Below, piece by piece: positions 32,641 to 44,600 of a DNA stretch of 45,637 nt. The DNA comes from Christensenella sp. UBA3798. Lineage in GTDB: Bacteria; Bacillota; Clostridia; Christensenellales; CAG-1252. The stretch lies in NCBI GenBank assembly GCA_002368735.1, contig DFEQ01000006.1:1-45637 (forward strand), in the 5' to 3' direction. How positions within the stretch are numbered: the stretch's first letter is position 1; every line of letters starts with the position of its first letter. Made by a program: the position numbers and the translations under genes. The notes under the pieces are model-generated. The model ran no database searches, was not told the DNA's origin, and saw only the letters and a program-made list of their open reading frames with translations.

Positions 32641-35600
32641 CATTCGGCAACGGCGGAGGAAGAGAAGATAACCTTCGGCGATAGAGTGGCGAAAGGGCAG
32701 CGTTACGAGCTGGTCAGCGGCAGCGTGAGCAACTTGGAAGACTATGCGCCGGGCGAGGACGGGCTGATATCGACAGCGGGTCAGCTGTACTATATCTTCT
32801 TCTCCGAAAATGCCACCGGCAGCTATACTCTGACCACGAACTTCAAGATAAACTACCTCGGTTGGGCTATCTCGGGTCCTACCCTCCGAGGCAATCTCAA
32901 CGGCGCAGGTTACGAGATCTGGAATGCAGCCGTTCCCGCAAATAACGAGTCCGTTCCTACCAATACCAAGGACTACGTCGGCGGCTTAGCGGGCGAGATA
33001 AGCAAGGATAAGAAAGTCGAGAACCTCTATTACTATTTCACCGGCAGCATCACCGCAAAGAAGGTCGCGGCGGCTTCCTACCTCGCCGTCGGCGGCATGG
33101 TGGGCGTCAATAACGGCAAGATAAACTCTTGCTACATCAACGTCGCGGGCGACATCGAGACCGAGGCGGATACCGCAGAGATGACCAGCTACGTCGGCGG
33201 CGTGGTGGGCTATATGGCGGCGGGGCAGATCTATCAGTGCCCCTACGTCGTATCCAGCGCCTCCGTCAACGCCTACACCGACAAGGAGACCGGCTCCTCT
33301 ACCGCCAAGCACAATATCGTCTACGCGGGCGGCATCGTGGGCAAGCTTGACGGCGGCAACGTCAGCAAGTGTACCATCAAAGCCGCGGGCGCGACCATGG
33401 CGGCGGATAATACCGACAAGTGGGAAGAGGAGAATATCGTCGGGACCATCCTGGATATTTTAGGTAACATTACGGGTTACAAAATAGAGTTGAAGACCGC
33501 CTATAACGACGCGCAGCACGTCCACCCTGCGGGGGTGGTGTTCGGCGGTCTCGGCAACGGCGGCGAGATAAGCTATAACGTGGTCGAGGCGTCGGGCGGC
33601 GCCATATCGTACGGCACGGGCGGCGCCAGCAACGTCGGCTCCATCGCGGGCGGCTTTATCGGCGAGATAAAGGGCGCGGGGACGGTGCAGAGCAATTCCG
33701 TCAAGCTCAAGTGCTCGCTGAGCGCCTTCATCGTGCAGGACTTCTCTTTGACGGACACGGTTGCGAGTTGGTTCGCCGAAAGGGACCTCGACATCTACGT
33801 CGGCGGCGTGGTGGGCAGGTACAACGGCGGCAGCCCCAATATCTCCAATAACTATTTCGCCGTTGAGACCGACGACGACATCATCGAAAGCGCCTACGGC
33901 ACGAAGGGCGACCTCGGATACGAGTGCAATACCGGTCTTATCTGCGGTAACTCCGACTTGATGGGTAAGCTGGGCGCTAACAACTGGCTCGCTCGCAACC
34001 TCTCCGAATCGGATACGGGGCGCATCGCGGGTAACAAGACCCCATCGTCAAATACCAACCTGCATCACCTCGTCATCTTCGGCGACGGCGAGGTCAAGGT
34101 AAAGGGCACGATGACCGACTCCACGATGAATGTCGAAGTCAAGCCCATCTGCTCGCCTTTCTACGCCTGGATGACCGCCGATGAACTGCTCACGGGCTCG
34201 ATATCTTCGGAATCGAAGAAAAAGACCAAGACCCTGACGCAAAGCGAATCCAACGTACTGTTTGCGGTGTTTATCGACACCGAGATAGAGAGTTCGGGCG
34301 AACTCACCCAGCTTGCGCGCGATATCAATCAAATCAAGCTGAAAGTGTATCAAAATATCGGCTCGGGGGTGAATGACTCCGACGGCAATCTGCTGATGAG
34401 CTTCAGCGGCGTTTCCACGCCCACCCTGTCTTGGCTCAACGTGACGCTCAAGAAGGATATCCTCGTGCGCGACGGCACCCCCGTCATAGAGGATTTCTAC
34501 GGCACCTTCAACGGCAACGGTCACACCATCTCCTTCGCCGCGGGCAGTTCGATATCGCACGAGTTTGAGAAAGACCCCGATAAGAAGGACGAATATTCCA
34601 AGGAGGACGACCCCAATGCCGACATCACCGACTTTAAGGAATACACTACCGGTCTGTTCGGCGTCATCAAGTCGGGCGCAAGGGTCACCGACCTCAAGAT
34701 CGTCTTCGGCGGCGCCATCGACGAGAGCGGCGGCATCACCTATCGCGCTCTGAAAGACGCAAGCGATAAGGTAAAGGCGAAGAGAAAGCATAAGATAGAA
34801 GGGGATAGCCGGGAGGCAGACGCCAACAGCGTATTCAACAATAGCTTTGCGATGGCGGATTTCTCCTTCCCCGCCTATTCCACCTTTGACGAAGCCTATT
34901 TCTACGGCTTGAAGGGTGACGATTACGATGCCGGTCGCGCCTACAACCCCGGCTATATCGAGGTAGTACCCTATACGGTGGATATCGTGGTGGAGACTTT
35001 CTACGTGGGCATCCTCGCGGGAAAGAACGAAGGCACCATTCAGAACGTGGAGGTGGAAGCCACCAAGTCCGCCTTCGTGACCTGCGCGGCGGATAACAGC
35101 GTCTTCGGCACCCTCTGCGGACTCAACGTGGGACAGATAAACAACGTCAAAGTCACCCTGACGGGCAAGGCGACCATCAGCGGGCGCACTTCCGCTGTCG
35201 CGGGCGGCATGATCGGCGTCAGTCAGGCGGTGAGCGGCGCGCAGTTCAACGGGCTCAACGCTTACGTATCGGGCGAGATCAAGCTGGAATCCTTATACAA
35301 CTTCCACGCCGTGAACATCACGATGTATAAGCATGCGAAGCTCAAGGACGGCAGCAGCGAGGACGACGGGTACGGCGTCATCGGGTGGGACTCCACGAAT
35401 GACTCCCAGGATAAAGCGGTCGATATCTTTGAGGTCAAGGAATTGATGGGCACCTCATCCTACCGCTTGTACGGCAACGACCACACCGTGGTGGAGCAGT
35501 CCATCGGCACTCTCGTCGGGCGCTATGACGCAAACCAGGCTACCTTCAATAACGTAGCGGCGGTCTCGGGCAGCAAGGGCACCTTCAATACCACCATCTA

Positions 35601-38600
35601 TCAGACCGATTCCACGAGCTCGAACGTGGGCGCGATGGTCGGATCTCTGACCACCAGCAAACCCACCTTTAACAATTCTTGGGCGGTCATGTCCTACGAC
35701 GAATACGCCAAGGAGGACGCTTCCTTACGTCGTCGTCCCATCGCTACGGAAGACGTGAACGTGGAGACGGGCATCAACGTGGTCTACGTGCAAAAGACCG
35801 TTGCCATCGCCGAGGTGGATATCTCCTCCTCGACCCCCGTCAGCTTCACCCTCGCTTCGCAGGAAGGGATGGTTTTCTCGGGGTGGTACGACTATACGTC
35901 GGGCGAAAGGTCGGTCATCACCGAGGGGCTCGTGGGCAATCGGTTCACGCCGCAAAATCAGGTGTTAAGCAATAGGATATTCGTTGCGGAACTGTTGAAC
36001 CTGCAATTCTTCACCGCAGAGGACCTCAATGTCCTATCCGCTTCCACGGGCGAGGGCAGAGGTTACCAAGGGGTGACCTTCACGCTCGGCACCAATATCG
36101 CGGTGAGCGGGTTTACCCCCATCGGTACGACGGACAGACCCTTCCTGGGCTCCTTGGACGGCAACGGACTCACCATCACCGTGGAGTCCAACCGCGCGGG
36201 CTTGGACTACGTGGGGCTCTTCGGTTGCGTAGGCTCCACCGGCACCATCAAAAATCTCACCGTGCGCGTTACGGGGGCGCTGGGCAACGCTTCCACCCTC
36301 TACGGCGGCGCGGTCGCCGCGGTCAACTACGGCGTCATCGGTCAGGATACTTCGACGGGTAAGGTCATCGCCGAGATCGACGGTTGGATCAGCGCAAACA
36401 CCGTGGGTGGCTTGGTGGGCGTCAACCACCGCATCGTCAAGAACGCGGAGGTGTATTTCCGCTACGCCACCGAGTATGATTACGGCAAGATAGAGGCGAC
36501 CACTGCGGGCTCCGGTAAGGTCTACGCGGGCGGCGCCATCGGATATAACGAGTACGAGAACGAAGCGGTCATCGCCAAGAATATCATCGTCTACTATGAC
36601 AATACCGACGTCAATTCCCCCATCATCAGCACAAAGGCGAATTACGCCGCGGGCGGTGTATTGGGCGAGAACGGCAACGGTGCGGCGGCGTACAGCTTGG
36701 TATCCGTCTTTAACCACGCCACCATCTTCGGCGGCGACTTCACGGGGAGCAACGGCGAGCAGTCGCAGTATCGCGGCTTGATCGTGGGTCACAACGCCTC
36801 CAAGAATAATACCGATTCCTTGTGGGCGCTGTGCTTGTCCAAGAGCAAGACCTCGGACGTCTATTACGACCCCGCACTCGGTGCGCCCCTCGCGGTATAT
36901 CAGGGGAGTGATGAGAACGTTACCACCGGTCAAGCGGTGCTCATGAGCGGCGAAGACCACGGAAGCGCCAATATCCTCATCAAGTACGGCTGGGGCGACG
37001 TGACCGTCACGATAAACGGCGCGGAGAGCGTCAAGGGCGGTCAAATCACCTTCCTTGCTTCCAAACTTCCCGTCCAGGATAAGAATGGAGACGACATCCC
37101 CGAAGTGAAGAGGGTGGCGTTCTACGACTACGTGGCTTCCTTCGAGCACGGCACCAGGGTGCCCGTCTCCGAGGGCAATACGGGCTTTACCTTCTCCCCG
37201 ACGGTGGGCGGCGCAAACGGCGCGGGCTTGTCGGGCAAGGTATATTATGCGGGCTTCTGCAATACGACCATCGCTTCACAGGAGGATTATATTGCGGTAG
37301 CTGAAAATATCGCGGGCGATTACAGATTGTACGTGGAGTACAATATCAACAACAATTTCACCATCGACGAGAATTCGACGGCAGCCATCGGCATGGCGGA
37401 GAAGCCCTTCGTCGGCTGTATCAACGGCAACGCTTATACCGTAACGATGAGCTCCTCGTCCACCCTGCATCCCTTCGTGGGCGTGCTTGGCGCGGAAGGG
37501 GATGCGCGGCATTCCTCCCGCATCAAGAACCTCTTTATCGACGTGCGTTCTGGCAATTCTTCCGTGACTACGGGCGACGTGGCAAGGGGCATATTGACCG
37601 ACGTCAACTACGGCACGATATCGGGCGTGAACATCGCGCTGCACGGCTACTTGAAGACGGGCGGCTCGGCAGGCGCCGTCGCGGGTATCAACTACGGCAA
37701 GATAGAGTCCGCCGTCGTCACCGTCGAATACGCCAAGGCATTCGGTAGGAACGGATTCGGCGCCATCGTGGGTAAGAACGCGGGCGGTATCGCGGGTGAG
37801 AACTACGGCGAGATAGGCGGCTCTATGGCAAACTCCATCGAAGTGACCGTCTCCAGAGAAGGCAGCTACTTCGGCGTGCTCTATGCTTCCGAGAGCGTGG
37901 GCGCCATTGCGGGCGTCAATAAGACGGGCGGCGTCGTCCGCTCGGCGTTCGTCTCGGTTTCGGGTACCATCGCGGGCAAATACGCTTCCGCACTCGTCGG
38001 CACCAATGAAGGGCGCATCGAGAGCGCCTTCGTGAACGTCGAAGCGAAGGCAGCCTACGCGGGCAGCGAAGCCTTCGGCGCCATCGCGGGCGTCAACAGA
38101 GGGCTCGTTGGTTACGAGGAAGTCAATTACGATAGTTACCAAAAGGACGTCTTGGCATTTATCTACGCCGCACCCACCGAGTGGAGGACAAATACCAACG
38201 TGGATCTGACCATCACCGTGGGCAGCGAGTCCGAGACAGTCACCGTGTGCACCATTCCCGCGATGGCTACCGCCGCGATGGGCGGCGTCATCGGTATCAA
38301 CGAGGTCGATGGCGTCGTCAACGCCGTCATAGCGGAGACGCACGCCCTTATTGCCCTCGCCACCTTCGACGCGGAGGAAGAGGTCGTGAGCTATGTGGGC
38401 GGCATCGTCGGTAAGAACTATGGCACGCTGTCTTGCTCTACCTTGACCACGGCGGCGGGCTCAGCCATCCATGCGGATATCGCGGGCGGCGTGGCGGCTC
38501 TCAACGAGGGCTATATCGACCGCGTGATAGTTACTCTCCGCGGCGCGGTGGGCAAGGAAAGCACCATCTATGCGGGCGGCGTCGTCGGCAAGAATATCGG

Positions 38601-41600
38601 GGCTGTCTCTAATACCGCAGTTGCCCTCTACGAGGACGTGTACGGCACGTATGTCGGTCTCGCGGCAGGCGATACCACTGCTTCTTGCGCCACCAATACC
38701 TGGGTGCAGATATGCAATAGCTCCCTCAGCAAGGTGGTGGGTACGAACGTCGAGGAGACGGGATTCAACGTCATCCGAGTGCTCAACGAAACGCTTTTGA
38801 GCGTTAGTTTGAACGAGAGAATGGGGCGCTTCAGCTTTACCTCGTCGATATCGGGTGTCAAAAACTGGTATACCGACATCTCGGCTTGGACGGAGAATGA
38901 AGGCTACCTCAAGACCATGACCAATCGCTCGGTGTACGTGTCGGACGGCATGGAAACCAACGTGACCTATTACGTCTGCTACGACGACCTTCTCATCACC
39001 GATTACACCTCCTTCAACGCCCTCGCGACCAAGATAAACAGCCATTCCTACTATAACAACGTCCTCTTCCGTCTGGACGGCGATATCGTGGTGGACGCGG
39101 GCAAAGTCTTGCGCCCCATCGGCACGGAGGATCATCCCTTCAACGCCATCTTTGACGGCGCTCTTTATACCATAACGATGGAGAAGGACTCCTCTATCAG
39201 CGGCCAGGAGTACACGGGTCTCTTCGGCTACACCGCCCCCAACAGCGTGATAAAGAGTTTCGTCTTTATCGTGGAGGAGGGCGCTTCGATAGGTAGCGTA
39301 AACAGCAACGTCATCGGCTCTCTCGTGGGCTATAACCAAGGCGTCATCGAGAATGTCTTCGTCAACCTTTCCATCAATCTGACCTATAAGTCGGATAAGA
39401 GGAGCGCGGGCGAGATCATCGGCGAGCAGGCGTCGGATGCGCCGAACGTGCGGAACGTGTGGATCAGCGTGCTCAATGGCAAGGACCGCGTGGTGGGCAA
39501 TATGACCACCTCTCAATTCGGCGTCAACCAGCTCGGTGTGCTCGGCAACGGTATGACCACCGCGGAGATATATACGGGCGAAGGCAAACTCAGCGACCTC
39601 CGCAAGAGATATCTCGCGGGAGAGTCGCCCGAGCTTTCCGTGCGCTATAAAGCCGTCAAGGGCTTTAGCTCTTTCGATAACGGTTGGTATAAGGATATCA
39701 CCAAGGAGGCGGGCTTCAATTCGGCAAACCTCACGGGGATAGGCTCCTTCGTCGGCAATAGCGACAACGACGATATCCGCATGGTCACCGATCCCGATGC
39801 GGTAAACTGCAGCGTTACTTTGTCCTTCATCAAGCTGGGTATCAAGACCGCCGCCGACTTTGCCGAGTTCGCCGAGAATATCAAGAATTACGGCGACCAA
39901 GGCGCGGTGTTTAGGCTGGAGGCAGATATCATCGTCAGTTATCCCTCCGTCATCGCGGTAGGTACTCCCGACCGTCCCTTCACGGGTACCTTTGACGGAC
40001 AGGGTCATACCATCACCGTCACGGGCAAAGCCATCAAGAGGGCGTACGCCGGTGTGTTCGGCTACGTCGGGACGGGCGGCACCATCCGCAACCTCCTCAT
40101 CGAAACGGGCGAGAACGTGCGCTTCGGTGACAACGACGCCCTGTATTCGGGCGTGGCGGTCGCGCTCCTTTACGGCAGCATCAAGAACGTGGTCGTGCGC
40201 GTGCACGCCGATACCGTTGTCTACACCACGCAGGGCACCCCCTCATCGGGCGGCATCGTAGGCAGGGCGGGCAAGCTCGCCGAGGACGGTTCGGTCTTCT
40301 ACGACTACACCATCGACAACTGCTGGCTCATTTTGGAGGAGAATGCCACCGTTACCGAGCCGATGGGTCGGCAGGAGGGCGAGGCGTATCCCGCATTCTA
40401 CGAGCTGAACGGCGTGGGCAGAAAGATGCGCATGGTGGGCAGTATATACCTTGAAGACGACCCCCTGGAGACCAATCCCTTCAATAAGGGTGCGCTCCGC
40501 GTGTCCATCACGGCGGACGGCGCCATCCTCTTCGATACGACGGAGGTCGACAGCGCCTTCTACGGCTTTATCGACAATACGACGACCGAGGAGGATATGA
40601 TCAAGCCCATCTCGGACGTTGCTACCAGCCTCTATCGTTGGACGGTGCGCGAGGGAGGCGTATACGGCAGTACTGCGTCGCCCAAGGTGGCAAGCAACGA
40701 TATGCTGTGCGTCATCATCAATAAATATATTTCCACCGTGGACGACTTCTTGATGATATCGGAGAACGTGCGTCTCGGCAGGAACTATCGCGGTATCGAG
40801 TATCAGCTCGCTAACGACCTTATCATCACGGCTGCGGACCTTGAAAACGGCGTCTATCAGCCCATCGGCGGCGAAGTGAAAGTGCAGTCGGGCGCAGGCT
40901 TTGACAGCTATATCGAGCGCAACTTTATCGGCAGCTTCAGCGGCAATAAGCACACCATTACCCTCGCCGCGGACGTCGTCATCGACGCGCGTTACGCAGG
41001 GCTCTTCGGCAGAGTGGGCGAAGGCGCCAGGATACGCGACCTTATCATCAAGGCGTACTGCCCCATCGGCAGAGACAGCGCGGATAATACCACGCGCACC
41101 ATCTATGCGGGCGTACTTGCGGGATATGCCTTCGGCGGCTCGTACAATAATATCGCCATCGTACTGGACACCAACGCCTCTCTCTTCGGTTCGGTTGGGA
41201 CGGGACGCGCCTTCGGCTATCTCGACGTGGAAGGTGACGTGGCGAAGAATTCGTGGGTCATCAGCTACAACAGCAAGGCGAACTACGAGCTGGGCGAGAG
41301 CGAACTCTCCTACAATAACGGCGGGGAGGGCATCGACCAGGGCGGCTTCAACAGCTTGATGGTCATCGCCGCGGGCGTTGTGAACGTACGCTTCAATCAG
41401 AACGACAGCAACTTTAACTTCACCTATTCCGTGCCCAATACATCTGAGAATTCGCAGGAGGTAGTCGCGCCCTACTGGTATGACAGATATAGGAATTCCG
41501 AGTCGAATAAAGACGACTATTTCCACAGCCGTACCGATAAGACGGGCGATTGGGATGATACCTTCAACGCAATGGTCAACGACACGGAGGTTTACGGCTA

Positions 41601-44600
41601 TTATCCCGACGGCAACGAGAAGCGCCGCTTGTATAACGTCAGCTTCCTCAACAGCCGCATCGAAAGCGCCGACGACCTAATGAAGTACGCCGCCAACGTC
41701 AACGCGGGCTACGACTTCTACATGTTGACCTTTACCTTGGAGAATGATATCGCCATCGATAACGGCTTTAAGGCGATAGGTACCGCCCTGAACGGCATGA
41801 ACGGCACCTTCGACGGCAATAAGCACACCATCACCCTTCCCAAGGATATCTCGGTGGAAGGGGAATACGCGGGCATCTTCGGATACGTGGCGGCGGACGG
41901 CGCTATCGTCGACCTTCGCATCGTCGTCGAGGGGACCCTCGGCAAGAGCGACTATACGCAGGACGATATAGACGCCTTAAAGGTAAAGAATACGCGCTAC
42001 GCGGGCGCTATCGCCTATAATAACGGCGCCCTCTCCAACGTCATCGTGATATCCAAGGGGGCGCGCCTCAACGCCTTGACCACCGCGAGCGTGCAGGGGG
42101 TCAAGGGGCTTGCCATCGGCTATGACGCCACCAACCTCCTCGAGAACGTCTGGGCGCTCGTGGACGCCTCTTCCTACGTCGACGCCATCGGCGTCTGCGC
42201 CGTGGGTGATACCCGCGTCAACGTGATGACCGTCATCGGTATCGGCGTCATCGACGCGAACTTCGCTTCCGATTCCTATAAAGTGAAGTTCACCAACGAA
42301 CTGCTCCATTACGATTCGGAGGACGCGGGCGTCCATATCCCCGTCATGGGCTGGTACAAGTCCTTTGAGAAAAATCAGCAGATATCCAAAGCGATGCTTT
42401 CGTCGGGCGACGAAGAAAAGTCGGGCGACCTGTCCAACGGGGAAGAAGGCTACCTCCTCGCCCCCATCGACTATACGGGTGTTCATTACGAGGTAGCGGT
42501 CATCAAGACGACCCTCACCCAAGTGGCGGACCTCATGGCGATAGCCGAGGACGTCAACGTGGGCGGATATACCTTTGAAAACATCACCTTTAACCTCGGC
42601 GCGACCATCACGCTCTCCTCCGAGTCCTACTTTATGCCCATCGGCAATGCGGAGCATCGCTTCAAGGGCACCTTCAGCGGCAAGGCGGAGGATAGTTATC
42701 ATACCATCCGCATATCCGATACTTGCGTAAGTGAGTTTGTCTCGCAGGGCATCTTCGGCGTTAGCGCGGGCACCGTCACCGACCTCGGCGTAGAGGTGTA
42801 CGGCACGGTGGGCAGAGCTTCGGGCTCTGTGGATAATATCTACGGCGCCGTCGTGAACGTAAACTACGGCACCGTCAAGCGCAGCTATGTGGACGTCAAG
42901 GCGGGCGGCATCGTCACGGGGTATACGGTAGGCGGCATCGTCGGCGCGAACCACGGCACGGTATCCGACTGTCTGGCATTCGTGCGTGAAGGCGGCACGG
43001 TAAGAGCCACCACCAAGCTCAGAAACGTGGTCAACGCGGGCGCTATGGTGGGTATCAACTACGGCACCGTGGAAGGCGCTACCGACTTTACCTATTGGGG
43101 TAAGGATGGTCGCGACCTCTTGCCCAAGGACGACGGGCGTATCGCCAAGGCGGGAAACGGCGCTGAAGCCAACGTCTTTATCTACGGCACGGTATCCGCG
43201 CGTTCGGCGGCTGAGGTATCCGCTCCCACCAATGCGGGCGGTGCGGTAGGCTACCACAGCGAAGGATACATGAATTACCTCATCGTATATCTCGCAGACC
43301 AAGGCGAGGTCACGTCGGAGGCTACGGGCGCAGGCTCCACCCGCGCGGGCGGCTTCGTCGGCTATGCCAAGGCGGCGATGAACCATAGCGTCACCTTCCT
43401 CTTCGGGTCTGTCGTGGCGGAGGAATACCTCGGCGGCACGGCAGGCTACTTGGACGGCGTCATCGCGATGAACGTCTGGCAGGTCACCTTGAACCGCGAG
43501 GTAGAGGGCGCGGGCGAGGGCGCAAAGACCGTCAACTATCTCAATATCAAGGGCAACGGCAAGGTCATGGCGGGTATAGACCTCTTCACCAAGAGGATCA
43601 TCTTTACCAACGTGACGGATGACGAGGGCACCGACCTCGACTATTGGTATACCGCCGCGTCGGTCCAGGTGGACGACAAGACGGGTAACGTGGGCGAGAA
43701 CGGCAATACCTTCCTGCCCCTCAATACCATCCAGAACAAGCACGTGATGGTCATCTTCGTCAATACGCGCATCTATTCCGTCGCCGACCTCAACGATATG
43801 GCTTCCTCCGTCAGCGGCGGCTTGTCGGGTAGCGCCATCGTCTTTACACTCATGAACGACGTCACGGTGGAGGCGGGCGAACTTACCGCCCTCATCGGTA
43901 CGGAGGAATATCCCTTCAATAACGTCTTTGACGGCGGCGGCTACACGATAACCTTGAAGGGCGGCTCGCTTGTCGGCACGGACTACACGGCGCTCTTCGG
44001 CTATAGCGGAGCGACTGCCGTTATCCGCGACCTCACCGTTGAGGCGGAGGCCGGTGATTACGGCTCTGTATCCTCGCAGAAGACCGCCATCCTCACGGCA
44101 GTGAACGAAGGCACCGTCTCGGGCGTGAACGTTACCCTTAAGCAAGGCGCAGCGCTCCTCGGACAGACGGTGGGCGCCGTGACAGCCACCAACTTCGGCG
44201 TCGTCAAGGATATCGTCCTCACTGTAGAGGGTAGCGTGACGGCAAGCGCTGAGAATACCGCCATCGCGGGCGGCCTCGTCGGCGCCAACGACGGCACGAT
44301 AGAAAGAGTATCTGCAAGCGTCGGCGCTACCTCTATGGTCAAGGCGATGGGCGCAGCCACTTCCTATGCGGGCGTCATCGTGGGCGAGAACTATAAGACA
44401 ATCTCGGTCGTGGACGTCCTCTTCCGCGGCGAACTCCTTGCGAGCGGCAGTATGGTGTCCTACTCGGGCACCCTCGCGGGCATCAACCTCGGCAACGTCT
44501 ATCGCGTCTATGCCGACGTCACGGGGGCGGTATTCGGCGCCAACGATAAGGATAGAAGCGGCGGCTTGATAGGTAATAACGTCAACGCGCTTACCACTTC